Positions 16,177 through 26,849 of a stretch of DNA of 64,000 bases are shown in pieces. This DNA is from Candidatus Cloacimonadales bacterium. Its GTDB lineage: Bacteria; Cloacimonadota; Cloacimonadia; Cloacimonadales; DAONDQ01. The translations under genes and the position numbers were made by a program. Location: contig OY759316.1 in assembly GCA_963662275.1 (NCBI GenBank), forward strand, positions 4,128,001-4,192,000, written 5' to 3'. Below the pieces are notes generated by a model. The model was not told where the DNA came from. It saw only the letters and a program-made list of their open reading frames with translations, and made no database searches. How positions within the stretch are numbered: position 1 is the stretch's first letter; each line of letters starts with the position of its first letter.

Positions 16177-18528
16177 CTATTTCACCTTTATCATCTTTTT
16201 AGTATAGCTATGTCCCGGTTTATCCACTTTACAGAAATAGACACCCGACGCTGTTGATTTGCCGTTATCATCCAAACCATTCCAGGTGAGTTGAATCGTA
16301 CCGGCACACATTTTACCCGCTGCCAGTGTTTTAACCTGCTGACCGCGAATATTATAAATATTGATAACGATGTCATCAGGGGAAGGCAAATCAAATTCAA
16401 TTTTTGTATTTTCCCGGAAAGGATTAGGGTAAATCCTGATATTGGATACATCTGCAATGGGGCTCGTATCATCATTAACATCAACAGAACCATATTCATA
16501 ACAGCCCATATCCACACCATTCCCATGAATACGAGAAGCGCCGTTCAGATCATAGGGATACAACCCGCCCGGTACATCAGTTGTCCCCGTATCGATACAG
16601 GGAGAACCGGAGGCTAGTTCATATGGTTTTTCAGTATTACCCGAATTGAATAAAGGCAATTCATTAATATTGCCTTCCTGCCAGTAAATGGTCCCCCACC
16701 AGTCTTCATTAAAAACACCAACAATTCCATCTTTCACATTACAGTGATTAAAAGCCACGTGATTAGCCGGCGGATTTGGTTCAAATGGATGAAGCAGAAA
16801 TACCTGGTGGGATGTATCATTAGCAAAAATACAGTTCCAGAAGTTCACCGAATCTGCACAAATCTGCACTGCTGCACTGGGGCTAAGATTATCAGCGAAT
16901 GTACAATTAATGATATTAAAAGGTCCATTTCCAGAGAAAATAATAGGTCTGCCTTTGTATTGTGCGTCTGAATATGCGCTTTGATTACTAGAAAATAGAC
17001 AGTTTTCGATGCGATAAGTAGGAGTTTCAAGATCGAATCCTGTCAACACACAAGCGGCTCCACCCAATTCTGTATTATCAGAGTTATTTTGAATTATGCA
17101 ATTTCGAACCATCCCTGAATCGTGAGCATCTATACGAAGTGCTGCACCTTGATGCCAACCTTCATCATTAAAACGGTCTGATTCATTATTAGTGAAAGAA
17201 CATGCTTCTAAAGACGTATTCCTGACGCTACATAAATATACTCCTGATATTCCATCTGCACCAATATTATTTGAAATTACTAAGTTTTTGAAAAAAATTG
17301 AATCTATCCTGTCTAGTGAAATAGCAGGGACCATTTTTGATGTACAGTTTTCAATTTTTATGTTCTCCAAATAGATATCTGTTGAAAATGCTCCATTAAT
17401 TGCTGATCTATAACTTTCGTGTTCAAAATTAGCGTAACTTAAGTTTTTGAAAACAAAATTGACTATGCCTCTTGGAATGCAGAGCATAGGATAATGGCTA
17501 TCACCATTCATGATTGTATTTTCCTGCGACTGTCCTATCACTTTGACGTATGATTTTGCACTTAAGGGCAATTTCTGAGTGTTAGTTACACTGGAATACA
17601 TCCCGTTTGCTATATGCACAGTTTTGGGATTAAGGCTATCACTGGCAATATTATGCAATGCCCACGCTATAGTTTTAAATGGAGATGCTGAAGTAAGTCC
17701 ATCGTTATGATCATCACCATCAGTTGCCACGTAGAAATCATGATTAACAGGTGTTAAAAAGGCATGATGGATGTCAAAGTGATATAGATAAATGTCCTCG
17801 ATAAAATTTACTTGTGTTTCCGCATAGTACCTGTCCGGGTTTATTACTGTAAAAGTATCTACTATCACATTAACTGTCATAGGTAAATCACAGCTTAAAA
17901 TGTCAGTTCCCTGCCCGGAATAATTATTATAGATACTGCATCGGTTATCTGCATCCATGGTAAAACTAATCTCATCACCTTGAAGACAAATACCACCGCC
18001 TCCTGCAGTGGCGAGATTATTAAAAAATGAAGTCCCTTTCAGACTTACACTTCCACGCCAAACAAATAATCCGCCTCCAAATTCTGTTTCATTGGCGAAT
18101 ATTCGACAATCTTCAATTGATAACATGCTATAATATCCAATAAGAATGCCTCCTCCGTCATCGAAGTAATAACAATGTTCACCTGACCCATTGGTAATGG
18201 AGAAGCCGATTATCCTCGCAGAAGTTTCTCCGCCCATCACACGTACACAACTGCCCATCCGTTGACCGTCAATAATCGTAGTCCCGATATAGACAGGATC
18301 ATTCATCGTGAACTTCAGACTGGCAACTGTAATGTTTTTACCGTTGAAATCTATGTTCTCCAAGTACCTGCCCGGATGGACAAGCACCAAGTCACCATTA
18401 TTAGAGGCATTGATGGCTGCCTGGATGGTTAGGTAATTCCCCAGCCCATCCTGTCTGACAGTGATCGTAATTGCGCTTAGTGATACTATTGAGATCGTAA
18501 CGATAATCAGCAGCATGAATTTTAACAT
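16177..18528 (-). CDS. Secreted parallel beta-helix protein with FlgD-Ig/T9SS-type CTD
   Basis: Signal peptide; TIQAAINAS...LVHPGRY; GGG beta-helix repeats; YVATDGDD...PFKTI; SPCIDTG...DMGCYE; YPNPF...SGVYF...KKMIKVK. Confidence 0.85.
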   Translation of the reverse strand: MLKFMLLIIVTISIVSLSAITITVRQDGLGNYLTIQAAINASNNGDLVLVHPGRYLENIDFNGKNITVASLKFTMNDPVYIGTTIIDGQRMGSCVRVMGGETSARIIGFSITNGSGEHCYYFDDGGGILIGYYSMLSIEDCRIFANETEFGGGLFVWRGSVSLKGTSFFNNLATAGGGGICLQGDEISFTMDADNRCSIYNNYSGQGTDILSCDLPMTVNVIVDTFTVINPDRYYAETQVNFIEDIYLYHFDIHHAFLTPVNHDFYVATDGDDHNDGLTSASPFKTIAWALHNIASDSLNPKTVHIANGMYSSVTNTQKLPLSAKSYVKVIGQSQENTIMNGDSHYPMLCIPRGIVNFVFKNLSYANFEHESYRSAINGAFSTDIYLENIKIENCTSKMVPAISLDRIDSIFFKNLVISNNIGADGISGVYLCSVRNTSLEACSFTNNESDRFNDEGWHQGAALRIDAHDSGMVRNCIIQNNSDNTELGGAACVLTGFDLETPTYRIENCLFSSNQSAYSDAQYKGRPIIFSGNGPFNIINCTFADNLSPSAAVQICADSVNFWNCIFANDTSHQVFLLHPFEPNPPANHVAFNHCNVKDGIVGVFNEDWWGTIYWQEGNINELPLFNSGNTEKPYELASGSPCIDTGTTDVPGGLYPYDLNGASRIHGNGVDMGCYEYGSVDVNDDTSPIADVSNIRIYPNPFRENTKIEFDLPSPDDIVINIYNIRGQQVKTLAAGKMCAGTIQLTWNGLDDNGKSTASGVYFCKVDKPGHSYTKKMIKVK

Positions 18529-18544
18529 CTTTTCTCCAGGATTA

Positions 18545-18573
18545 TCAGGCAGAGAGACCAGCTCTCTGCCTGA
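18545..18573. terminator. Strong hairpin between the 830-aa and 783-aa genes
   Basis: TCAGGCAGAGAG-acca-g-CTCTCTGCCTGA; no U-tract on the minus strand, so it may stabilise rather than terminate. Confidence 0.45.
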
Positions 18574-18734
18574 ATCATGTTTTGTCTCTTTACTTCTGTT
18601 TATATTGATACACGTTTTAGGATATTAAGTAACATTTAACAGGTGTTAGAGATGAATCATCGCCTTCGCAAGGATGACAGTGCTGTTATTCTGATCTTCT
18701 GCCCCAGCACCTGGCACCTAGCACCTTCTGCAAT

Positions 18735-21227
18735 CTATTTCAGCAGCATCAGCTTTTTCATGACCTGGTGTTCAGCAGTCTGCAAGCGGGCAAAATATAT
18801 ACCGCTGCTCACTGCTTCACCATTTTCATTATTGCCGTCCCATTTGATTTTGTGAGAACCTTCAGTTTGCCAGCCATCCCACAGAGTTTTTACCAGTTGT
18901 CCCTTCACATTATAAATCTGCAGAGAGGACGAACCGGCTTTAACAGTATTGTATTCAATGACAGTACTGGGATTGAAAGGATTGGGATAACAGGTCATTC
19001 GTATCGGTACTTCTGCAGCAGGTGTCATGAACGATAGCCTGGTGCCGGCATAGAGGTAATCATCACCCTTATGCAGTTTCAAAGGCGACTGTGTAATGAC
19101 CCTGGTTTGAGGATCATAGACGTAGGCTGTGGAAATGTGCTGCAGACCGGCTTTCGATGCGTAGTATTTGACAATTTCCAGTTCCGTGTCTTCCGGAAGG
19201 TCAAGGACATAAGCATTGATCTCCATCAGCGTATCATCAACAACCGAAGCTCCTTTGCAGACACCGTCGGCATAGACAGCGATTTCTTTCAATCCGGTTT
19301 CTGCTCCGAGAGCGATAAAGACAGGCAGGTAATCCGCTTTCTCATTGAAGGTGAAATATTCCGGTATTTCCCTGACTACATGGGGTATTGGATTAATCCG
19401 ATTCCAGATAAAACTCGGAACTTCATTATAGCATTTAATGATTGCCATATCGCCATAATTGAACTGTCTTTTCCCGCTGGAAATCATCCAGCCGTCTTTT
19501 GTTCTTGCCATAAACCAGGTTTGGGTTTGAATCGAATACACATTTGCCCAGATGGAAGCTAGGGCTTTTTCAGGGGACTGGGACTCCGGCAGAAAATATC
19601 CAACCCAGTTTTCAATGCGGTTGCCGTACAGGTGAAGCGGTGTATCCGGTGAACATCTCGGTGCGGTGATCGAAAGCTCAGAATAATCTGCGGGTGTAGT
19701 AATCAGAGCTTTGTATCCTTGGGGTGAAGTGATTATGTGGTTAGAATTTTGCCAACTTGAAGAACTATACAAAAATGAGCTTTCAGTGCCTCTATTTGAC
19801 CACACTTCATAATCAAGAACCCCTGTACCGCTAAGATGCGACATGACATTCCCAATCTGAGGATTCGTGTCATAGACATCCAGGACGGGATAACAGAGCC
19901 AGGTCCAGCCATGATGGATGGAATCAGTACCGTAGAACTTGTAGTTGCGTGTTTCCTGGGAAACAGGTAATGCTCCCATATCACTACGGGTATTATCAGC
20001 ATCAGGAAGTTGAGGATCACCGGAATCAATGCATGGGCTTTTACAGTTTGGTTCCCAGGCTAGCGAGAAGTCATCAGCCTCCAGGTTCTTAAACCCGGGA
20101 TCAAGATTAATAGTGCCTGTGTTAATCGTCGGATACACGGTATTACCAATATCGCAATAGGTAATTGTCTGGGGATATTCATTGCTGGAACCAAACGCGC
20201 CATTAGTTGCCAGTTGTATTGGCAGGTCATTATGCATCGCATCCTGGTTATGATAAATAATGCAATTGCTTAAAACTGCCTGACCGCCCAGATTGCCGGA
20301 AGCTCTCTCAAAATAAACGCCGACAGCATTGGTAGATGATATGTGATTATGCGCAACTGTGCAATAATCCATGATAAATCTCACTTTATCCGGACCCAAA
20401 AAGTTGAATGCATCCGCTGCATAGATGGCACAGGAATGGGAGAAGTTATCGTATACCAGGCAACTGCCGAATAGTACATTGTAGGCATTTGACTGATTTG
20501 CTGCAGCATGATTAACTTCAAATGCCCCGGCATATCCTGCAGGAGCAGAATTTGTATAAATCCCGCACGCCTGGATTGTATGCGTACCTTCTTCAATATA
20601 CAAGCCCCCTCCGGAACTGTCATACCCTCCGTCATCTGCAACTGAATTGCTGTATATTTTACAATTTGTAATGCTGCTGCTTCCCCGCATGAGGGCAATG
20701 CCTCCGCCATGAAGAGCAGTATTATTCCTGATATCGCAATGATCAATATTTACATTTATGGCATTTTTACAGAATACTCCGCCGCCTCTGCGCTCATTAT
20801 GCCCATTTGCCGAAATTAATGTACCACCGCCATTTTTCAGTGTGAAACCCTTCAGATAAATACTTACACCCGGAGTGACACAATTAATGATCTCACAGGC
20901 GGAATCCGTTAATTGAGTTCCCGTGTTTCCGTGGATCATGGTGGAGCCGATAAAATTGGAATTATACGCTTCATAGTAACGGCTCTCAATCGTCAGGTTA
21001 GATGTCCTTCCTGAAATGACAATCGGTCCATAGTCACCGGGATAAACAATAATCCTGACAGCCTCGTTAGGATTCATGCACGATATTGCCGTATAAATTT
21101 GCTGGAATGGAGAGGCAAGCGTACCTGCTCCGCCGGTTGAAGATGTGATGTTGACATAAAGCGTTTGCAGCGAGAATAAGATAGAAGTGAGTGTGAGCAG
21201 CGTTCCCAAGAAAATGACTCGTTTCAT
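18735..21227 (-). CDS. Secreted parallel beta-helix protein with FlgD-Ig/T9SS-type CTD
   Basis: Signal peptide, GGG beta-helix repeats, SPCIDSG..RSDMGA, YPNPFNP...KKLMLLK. Confidence 0.85.
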   Translation of the reverse strand: MKRVIFLGTLLTLTSILFSLQTLYVNITSSTGGAGTLASPFQQIYTAISCMNPNEAVRIIVYPGDYGPIVISGRTSNLTIESRYYEAYNSNFIGSTMIHGNTGTQLTDSACEIINCVTPGVSIYLKGFTLKNGGGTLISANGHNERRGGGVFCKNAINVNIDHCDIRNNTALHGGGIALMRGSSSITNCKIYSNSVADDGGYDSSGGGLYIEEGTHTIQACGIYTNSAPAGYAGAFEVNHAAANQSNAYNVLFGSCLVYDNFSHSCAIYAADAFNFLGPDKVRFIMDYCTVAHNHISSTNAVGVYFERASGNLGGQAVLSNCIIYHNQDAMHNDLPIQLATNGAFGSSNEYPQTITYCDIGNTVYPTINTGTINLDPGFKNLEADDFSLAWEPNCKSPCIDSGDPQLPDADNTRSDMGALPVSQETRNYKFYGTDSIHHGWTWLCYPVLDVYDTNPQIGNVMSHLSGTGVLDYEVWSNRGTESSFLYSSSSWQNSNHIITSPQGYKALITTPADYSELSITAPRCSPDTPLHLYGNRIENWVGYFLPESQSPEKALASIWANVYSIQTQTWFMARTKDGWMISSGKRQFNYGDMAIIKCYNEVPSFIWNRINPIPHVVREIPEYFTFNEKADYLPVFIALGAETGLKEIAVYADGVCKGASVVDDTLMEINAYVLDLPEDTELEIVKYYASKAGLQHISTAYVYDPQTRVITQSPLKLHKGDDYLYAGTRLSFMTPAAEVPIRMTCYPNPFNPSTVIEYNTVKAGSSSLQIYNVKGQLVKTLWDGWQTEGSHKIKWDGNNENGEAVSSGIYFARLQTAEHQVMKKLMLLK

Positions 21228-21419
21228 TTTTTCCTCCGTGGGTTTTCCTAAAACGTGTATGCCTTAATAGTAATCATTATAATTATATGTCAAGAAAAAG
21301 ATGGGAATAAATTAATAATTAAATACAAATTGAATATGATGATATTTCTAACTATATATGGGATCATTTGCAGTCGAGACATGGAACGCTGTTTTCAAAC
21401 GGCTATGCTTCCGGATAAA

Positions 21420-21580
21420 CTACTATCATTCCACTTAATTGATACCAAGTTCATACCAGTTTCAATCCTGTTTCATTCCTGTTTCGAGAAATTGGTATGA
21501 GATAGGATTAATATTTGTTTGATCTTGCTATATATCAAGTATACACTTTGAGGAAAGATGTCGGTGTATGGTGGAATTAG
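21420..21580 (+). repeat. Intergenic repeat family C with internal 11-bp units
   Basis: ATACCAAGTTCATACC...CCTGTTTCATTCCTGTTTCGAGAAATTGGTATGA; inverted copy at about 42240-42392. Confidence 0.75.
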
Positions 21581-21898
21581 GATGATTATATGGTTATATT
21601 ATGGATGATCATATTATGGAATTGTCGAGGAACGAGTCCGAATGACGTTACTCTGTTAGCCCAGGAAGTCCCTACTGGGAAAAGTAGGGGTCCGCGTCAG
21701 CAGACAAATTCTGGTTCGGAGTCCGGTAGGACGGAACAAGACTGTAGCGCTTACTTTAGGAGGTTTTTTCTTTGTGGTCACTGCTTCAGCTTGCGGGTTA
21801 TGATCTTTAGGTCATAGTCTGCCGTCCTGTGAGCTACCGGAACGCCTGACCCCGTCAGGTGGCATAACGCACCCCGTGCGTTTCTATCTCCAAGCTGA

Positions 21899-22016
21899 AG
21901 CAGGATCGGCATCCTGCTCTACAAAGAAGGCAACCTGAAGGATGCCACTACCAAAGAAAGACAGTAAGATCGGCGTCTTACTTTACGCATACCATAAGAT
22001 TGGAATCTTATGCCAC
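21899..22016 (-). repeat. Cluster of three GTAG-type REP palindromes
   Basis: Reverse complements of GTAGAGCAGGATGCCGATCCTGCT, GTAAAGTAAGACGCCGATCTTACT and GTGGCATAAGATTCCAATCTTATG. Confidence 0.75.
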
Positions 22017-22017
22017 G

Positions 22018-23181
22018 TTAGAACTTCACAATCTTGCGAGTGTGGTTCATGCCATTTTTTTTTGCATTCACAAGATATATACCACTACTTACCAGATCGT
22101 TAAACCTATCCTTACCATCCCAGGTCACTGAAGTACTCTTATTTACATCCCATTTCCTGACCAATTGACCTTTGATGTTGTAGATGGCAATATCGGGTAG
22201 CGCAGTAGATTTGTCTTTCAATTCGATGTTAACATTGCTTCTGAAAGGATTTGGATATACGTTCATAGAAAGATCTGGTGTTGGAGCTATTGGATCGTCG
22301 TTGGGTACGATTGTTTCCCAGGTGAATGTCATCAGAGTTGTTGCAGGATCAGGTCCACCACGATCAAACTTATAATATGTAATGTACCCTTCATCATCAA
22401 ATTTCAAAGTATAGTCAAAGAAATCATGAAATGTGATCGTGAAAGGAGAATTCGAATACAAAGGATAAACCATTGAAGTGATACCTTGATCAGGAATAAT
22501 ATAACTGTTTATCTGAAAATGTTTATCATATATCATTCTCAATTTGAACAGCATCGTATTATTGTAATATTGCAATATCTCATCAAGATTTATATCTATA
22601 GGATTTATTGGTAATCCCTCTGGATAAGTAATAGGAATTTCGTATGCGCCATAAGTAATCGCAGTTAATAGTCCTTGAGTATTATAAAGCATTCTATACA
22701 TAACAGATTGTGATTGTAAACTATCTAGTTTGTCATACTCGTTGTAATAACTTTTCCTCGACACTCCATTACCGGAATAATCTATAATCCTGTTTTGATT
22801 GTCTTTGATGATATCGACCATTCCTCCCGGCAATAAAGAATAATGAATGTGCTTTAGTCCACCTTCCCATATCATGCTTCCCGTATAATCAACTGAAGTT
22901 GAGCTAGTTGTATCGACAATTTCATCTCCATTATACCATACATTGTAATCATTTTGTGTAACAACAGAATCAATTAATTCCACGTTTTCCGTTTGATAAA
23001 AGTAGTTTGTCATTATATTAGTGCTTTCTAGAGTTATATCATCCGGGTGTGCAAGATAACTGCTATTCATGGAAATAATATGCTTCCCATTTATCGGACG
23101 TGCATCACCATAATTGGCAATAGGGTATAGAAGCAGTAAAAGCGAGAATAAGACAATCCTAGTAAGATAAGGTGTTTTCAT
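22018..23181 (-). CDS. Secreted protein with FlgD-Ig/T9SS-type CTD
   Basis: Signal peptide; YPNPF...SGIY...RKIVKF. Confidence 0.8.
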   Translation of the reverse strand: MKTPYLTRIVLFSLLLLLYPIANYGDARPINGKHIISMNSSYLAHPDDITLESTNIMTNYFYQTENVELIDSVVTQNDYNVWYNGDEIVDTTSSTSVDYTGSMIWEGGLKHIHYSLLPGGMVDIIKDNQNRIIDYSGNGVSRKSYYNEYDKLDSLQSQSVMYRMLYNTQGLLTAITYGAYEIPITYPEGLPINPIDINLDEILQYYNNTMLFKLRMIYDKHFQINSYIIPDQGITSMVYPLYSNSPFTITFHDFFDYTLKFDDEGYITYYKFDRGGPDPATTLMTFTWETIVPNDDPIAPTPDLSMNVYPNPFRSNVNIELKDKSTALPDIAIYNIKGQLVRKWDVNKSTSVTWDGKDRFNDLVSSGIYLVNAKKNGMNHTRKIVKF

Positions 23182-23191
23182 ATGTCCTTCA

Positions 23192-26100
23192 CTATTTAAG
23201 AAGCATCATTTTGTTTGTATAGATTTTACCTTCTGTCATCATGCGATATAAATAGATACCGCTCGTGACCTTATCTCCATGTTCATCTGTGCCATCCCAC
23301 GAGATAACATTAACTCCTTGTTTAGACGCATCCCCATTCAATGACCTGATATGTTGTCCGCTGATATTGAATATTTCGAATGTCGCCGGACTATTTGTCT
23401 TCAATTCATAACTAATTTTGATAGAAGATGCAAAAGGATTTGGGGAAGCTGAAATCAGCCTGGTAATACCTGGACTAGTCCCAGGATCTAGATTACCAAC
23501 AGGCTTTTCAATCGTATTGGAAAAACCGGCTGGAGATAATTGATTTCCTGAATATATCGCTTGCACCGCATATTTATATAATCCTGATACTACGTTTTGC
23601 CAACCATTATCTACACAAAAAGTAGTATCAATACTCCCAAAAATCAATGTCCAGGCATTTGGATTTTCAATATCACTCTCCAGCAGCAGCCAGACTTTAA
23701 ATCCATTCAACGAGCGCAGTATATCTCCAACTGGAGACTGCCAAGAGATGGCAGCTAGAGTATTGTCCGAATTATTCAGGGCTATTACATTGAACGGTAC
23801 TTTCAAACTATCCGATAAAGCAATATTTTGCTGCAGAGTATGATTAGCAGAAATCGTGATATTCAAAGGTGAGATATTCTGATAGCCATTTGCTGAGCAC
23901 GAAAGATAATAATCCCCATACCAAATACTGCTGAATGTGTAATTCCCGTTCACATCAGTAACTGTCATATACGGGTCAATACCGTTGGGAGTTACCCGGG
24001 TTAGTGTCAGTGCTGTATTTACAATTGGATGAAGATCCTGATCATGTACAGTTCCTGTTAAATCACCATAAATAAATCGAAAAACAGCATGGGAAAAAGA
24101 TGGTGCTGATACAATATCATTTGAATACTGTGCCTTGACTGCATAACGATATAAACCAGCATCAATGCTACACCAGGCTGTATCAATAAAAAAAGCGGAT
24201 GAGGCAGGAACATTTCCTAATAATGTCCATGTTTCTTCATTATCCTGCTGGGCACTAGGCAAACGCCAAATCATATAACCAACCAGGTTTCTGTCTCTTT
24301 GACTGAAATCTGCCTGATTATTCCTATCCGATTTGTTTTTTGTACCTTCCAGACTGATTTTCTCTGCAATACTTCTTTGTCCAGGCAATTGCCAATTGAT
24401 TTGCACCGAATTATTACCCGCTTGGAGAGTTGCTGTAACACTGCTTGGGGGATTTGACGATTCTGACATGAAAATCGTACCCATATCATAATTTTCATCA
24501 AAAACATTGATGGTATTCGTTACTGTGTTATAGGATTGTTTAATAACGAAATACTGATATTGATTATCCCTTAATACAAAAGGGATTGAAAATTGTCCCA
24601 AATTATTCGTTAATCCGGTATATGACTGGGTTCCAATCATACGAACAGTGGCATTCTGGATTGCAACAGGAGGATTCCCTCCAAGAACGATACCTGATAC
24701 AGTTATTGGAGGAATTGGAGCTGTAAGGTTGAAATCCAGATGTATCATTTGTATGTTGGAAACAACAATATTATTGATTGTTTGAGTATCAAATCCCGGT
24801 GCATGTACTGTTACAGAATATGTTCCGTAAGGTAGTAACAAAGAATAATCACCATTCGCATCCGATGTAGTAGAATATTGTGCGGTTGTGATTGTAGCAT
24901 GTGCGATCACCAGATGATTATCTGCTCGCCTGATTGTCCCATAAATCCCTGGAATGGTTTGAATCCAACCAGGGAAATCGATGTCGATCTTCATATATTT
25001 GACGTTTCCGCCATCATTCTCTCCAACCGGTGGATCTATGGAAGATGCACCCCAAGTATTATCGTGATAATACATTAGACTCAGTCTTCCAATAGTATGT
25101 TCCTCACTGTCTGTTCCCAGAAACTGAATTTGATCAGCAGGATATACCCACATTGGTCTGTTTCCCGTAAATTCTGCTATTTCCACTGAATTAAGCACTA
25201 TCGGTTCAGACCAAATCAAACCATTATCGGTAGAAACGGAGATATAAATTTCTGGAACGGTCTCATAGGCAGCATATTGTAAATCTTCCTGATGATACTT
25301 TCTTGACCTCCAGGAATTTTGCCAGACACTTGCCATCATGCCTTGAGAATTTACTTCTGTGACTTTGATATTGTTATACAGAAAACGCATGGCACCATCA
25401 TGGACAGTGTCGTCCCAATAGCTGTAATTCCAGTCATCATACATGTAAGGATTACCTGAAAGCGCATTATAATTATCAACTGAGCCATTGCCATCAGTAT
25501 CCCAAGGCTGCCAGTAAATATTATCATAAGATGTCCCTGCAATTGGATATACTTCCCGGATACTAAATTGATGTGTATCAATATCGAAAACCATTTCTTT
25601 TATCGTATTGAAAGCCGGATAAAAAGTACCATCAGAAGTACTTAATGTCCACATCCCCTGGTAATGAATGAGTCCATTGTTATCGATGACAGCGTTTAGA
25701 TGACCGGAATCCCGGATTTTCCAGAATAATTCAGAGTCCAGGTATGGTACTCCATTCTCTTTCACAAAAAATCCAGGACCTGTCCCAGATTGGGTATGCG
25801 GATTCCAACTGGGTAACTTACTGGAAGCGCTATATCTCTGCCAAGTTCCCTGACCATAATTATCACAGGAAAAGACATCCATATCCGCTTCATTGATCTC
25901 CGTATTGCCAGCTATGTTATAGGCAGTATGGTAACCTGCAACATAAATCCTGTCATTAATTCCAGTGACCAGTGAATAAAAAGGTTGTCGCCAGTTGATC
26001 ATATCCACGTTCCAATTATCCATTTCCGGAATATGGATGCTATTCCAGATTAACGTATCTCCATTTTCGAGATTTGAAGGAGTAAAGTCGGCCCATTCAA

Positions 26101-26821
26101 TGATTGGATTCCCGCACGGGTAGCCATTATGACTTGCTGCATTGCGTGATAAAATATACACACGCCGATAGTCTGGAAAAGGAGATGGACCAATTACTAC
26201 GGTAGGAGATTGGAATTCGTTATCGGTAATAGAAATCCCATTGACTACATTTGTTTCCGGATAGGTCAGGATTTTAATAGGTTCACTAATCAAACCGGGG
26301 ATATGTTCCAGGTATGCATCCCAGGCAAAGGAAACATCATGATGTGTATTTGTGGGTGGATCATGGCTGGTATTCCAGGCGAAAAACGGCTTTCCTGAAT
26401 AAGGGTCTATATCCAAAGCAGGATATTCTTCATTAATATTATCTTCTGTTAACTCATTATTACATTCATACTCATCATCATAGTCTAAATATGAGTAAAA
26501 TACACGTCTTTGACCACCATTAGCAGATGTCTCTATTTGAGCCATATAAGTTAAATATATACCACCACCACCTGCCTCACTTTGCACTTTCATCGGTAAA
26601 TTATTATAGCTGCCTATCATATAATCATAATAGGATGTTCTTATGCTGGAAGGAAGAACACCGAATTCAAAGGTGGGAACCGGACGCAACGAAGTAGGAT
26701 TATGACTTGATTCAAATTGAGGGTATTGGGCACGACCAATAGGTACGTACTGCTCCTGGTCATTCGATAAAAGATAACTGAAGGATATAAGAATAATAAC
26801 AACGGATAATAATCTGTTCAT
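23192..26821 (-). CDS. Large secreted protein (BNR-like N-domain, carboxypeptidase-regulatory and FN3 domains, CTD)
   Basis: SVSTDNGLIWS (Asp-box), TTSDANGDYSL..YGTYSVTV, FN3 W..P/YAVKAQY, SPNPF...NKMMLLK. Confidence 0.85.
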   Translation of the reverse strand: MNRLLSVVIILISFSYLLSNDQEQYVPIGRAQYPQFESSHNPTSLRPVPTFEFGVLPSSIRTSYYDYMIGSYNNLPMKVQSEAGGGGIYLTYMAQIETSANGGQRRVFYSYLDYDDEYECNNELTEDNINEEYPALDIDPYSGKPFFAWNTSHDPPTNTHHDVSFAWDAYLEHIPGLISEPIKILTYPETNVVNGISITDNEFQSPTVVIGPSPFPDYRRVYILSRNAASHNGYPCGNPIIEWADFTPSNLENGDTLIWNSIHIPEMDNWNVDMINWRQPFYSLVTGINDRIYVAGYHTAYNIAGNTEINEADMDVFSCDNYGQGTWQRYSASSKLPSWNPHTQSGTGPGFFVKENGVPYLDSELFWKIRDSGHLNAVIDNNGLIHYQGMWTLSTSDGTFYPAFNTIKEMVFDIDTHQFSIREVYPIAGTSYDNIYWQPWDTDGNGSVDNYNALSGNPYMYDDWNYSYWDDTVHDGAMRFLYNNIKVTEVNSQGMMASVWQNSWRSRKYHQEDLQYAAYETVPEIYISVSTDNGLIWSEPIVLNSVEIAEFTGNRPMWVYPADQIQFLGTDSEEHTIGRLSLMYYHDNTWGASSIDPPVGENDGGNVKYMKIDIDFPGWIQTIPGIYGTIRRADNHLVIAHATITTAQYSTTSDANGDYSLLLPYGTYSVTVHAPGFDTQTINNIVVSNIQMIHLDFNLTAPIPPITVSGIVLGGNPPVAIQNATVRMIGTQSYTGLTNNLGQFSIPFVLRDNQYQYFVIKQSYNTVTNTINVFDENYDMGTIFMSESSNPPSSVTATLQAGNNSVQINWQLPGQRSIAEKISLEGTKNKSDRNNQADFSQRDRNLVGYMIWRLPSAQQDNEETWTLLGNVPASSAFFIDTAWCSIDAGLYRYAVKAQYSNDIVSAPSFSHAVFRFIYGDLTGTVHDQDLHPIVNTALTLTRVTPNGIDPYMTVTDVNGNYTFSSIWYGDYYLSCSANGYQNISPLNITISANHTLQQNIALSDSLKVPFNVIALNNSDNTLAAISWQSPVGDILRSLNGFKVWLLLESDIENPNAWTLIFGSIDTTFCVDNGWQNVVSGLYKYAVQAIYSGNQLSPAGFSNTIEKPVGNLDPGTSPGITRLISASPNPFASSIKISYELKTNSPATFEIFNISGQHIRSLNGDASKQGVNVISWDGTDEHGDKVTSGIYLYRMMTEGKIYTNKMMLLK

Positions 26822-26849
26822 CTTAGCTCCCTAATAATCAGGTCAATTG

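Noticed and set aside
21255..21817. Short ORFs 21255-21500 and 21590-21817 (also 40419-40643, 42303-42485)
   Set aside because: They overlap repeat elements and have no convincing RBS or recognisable motifs.
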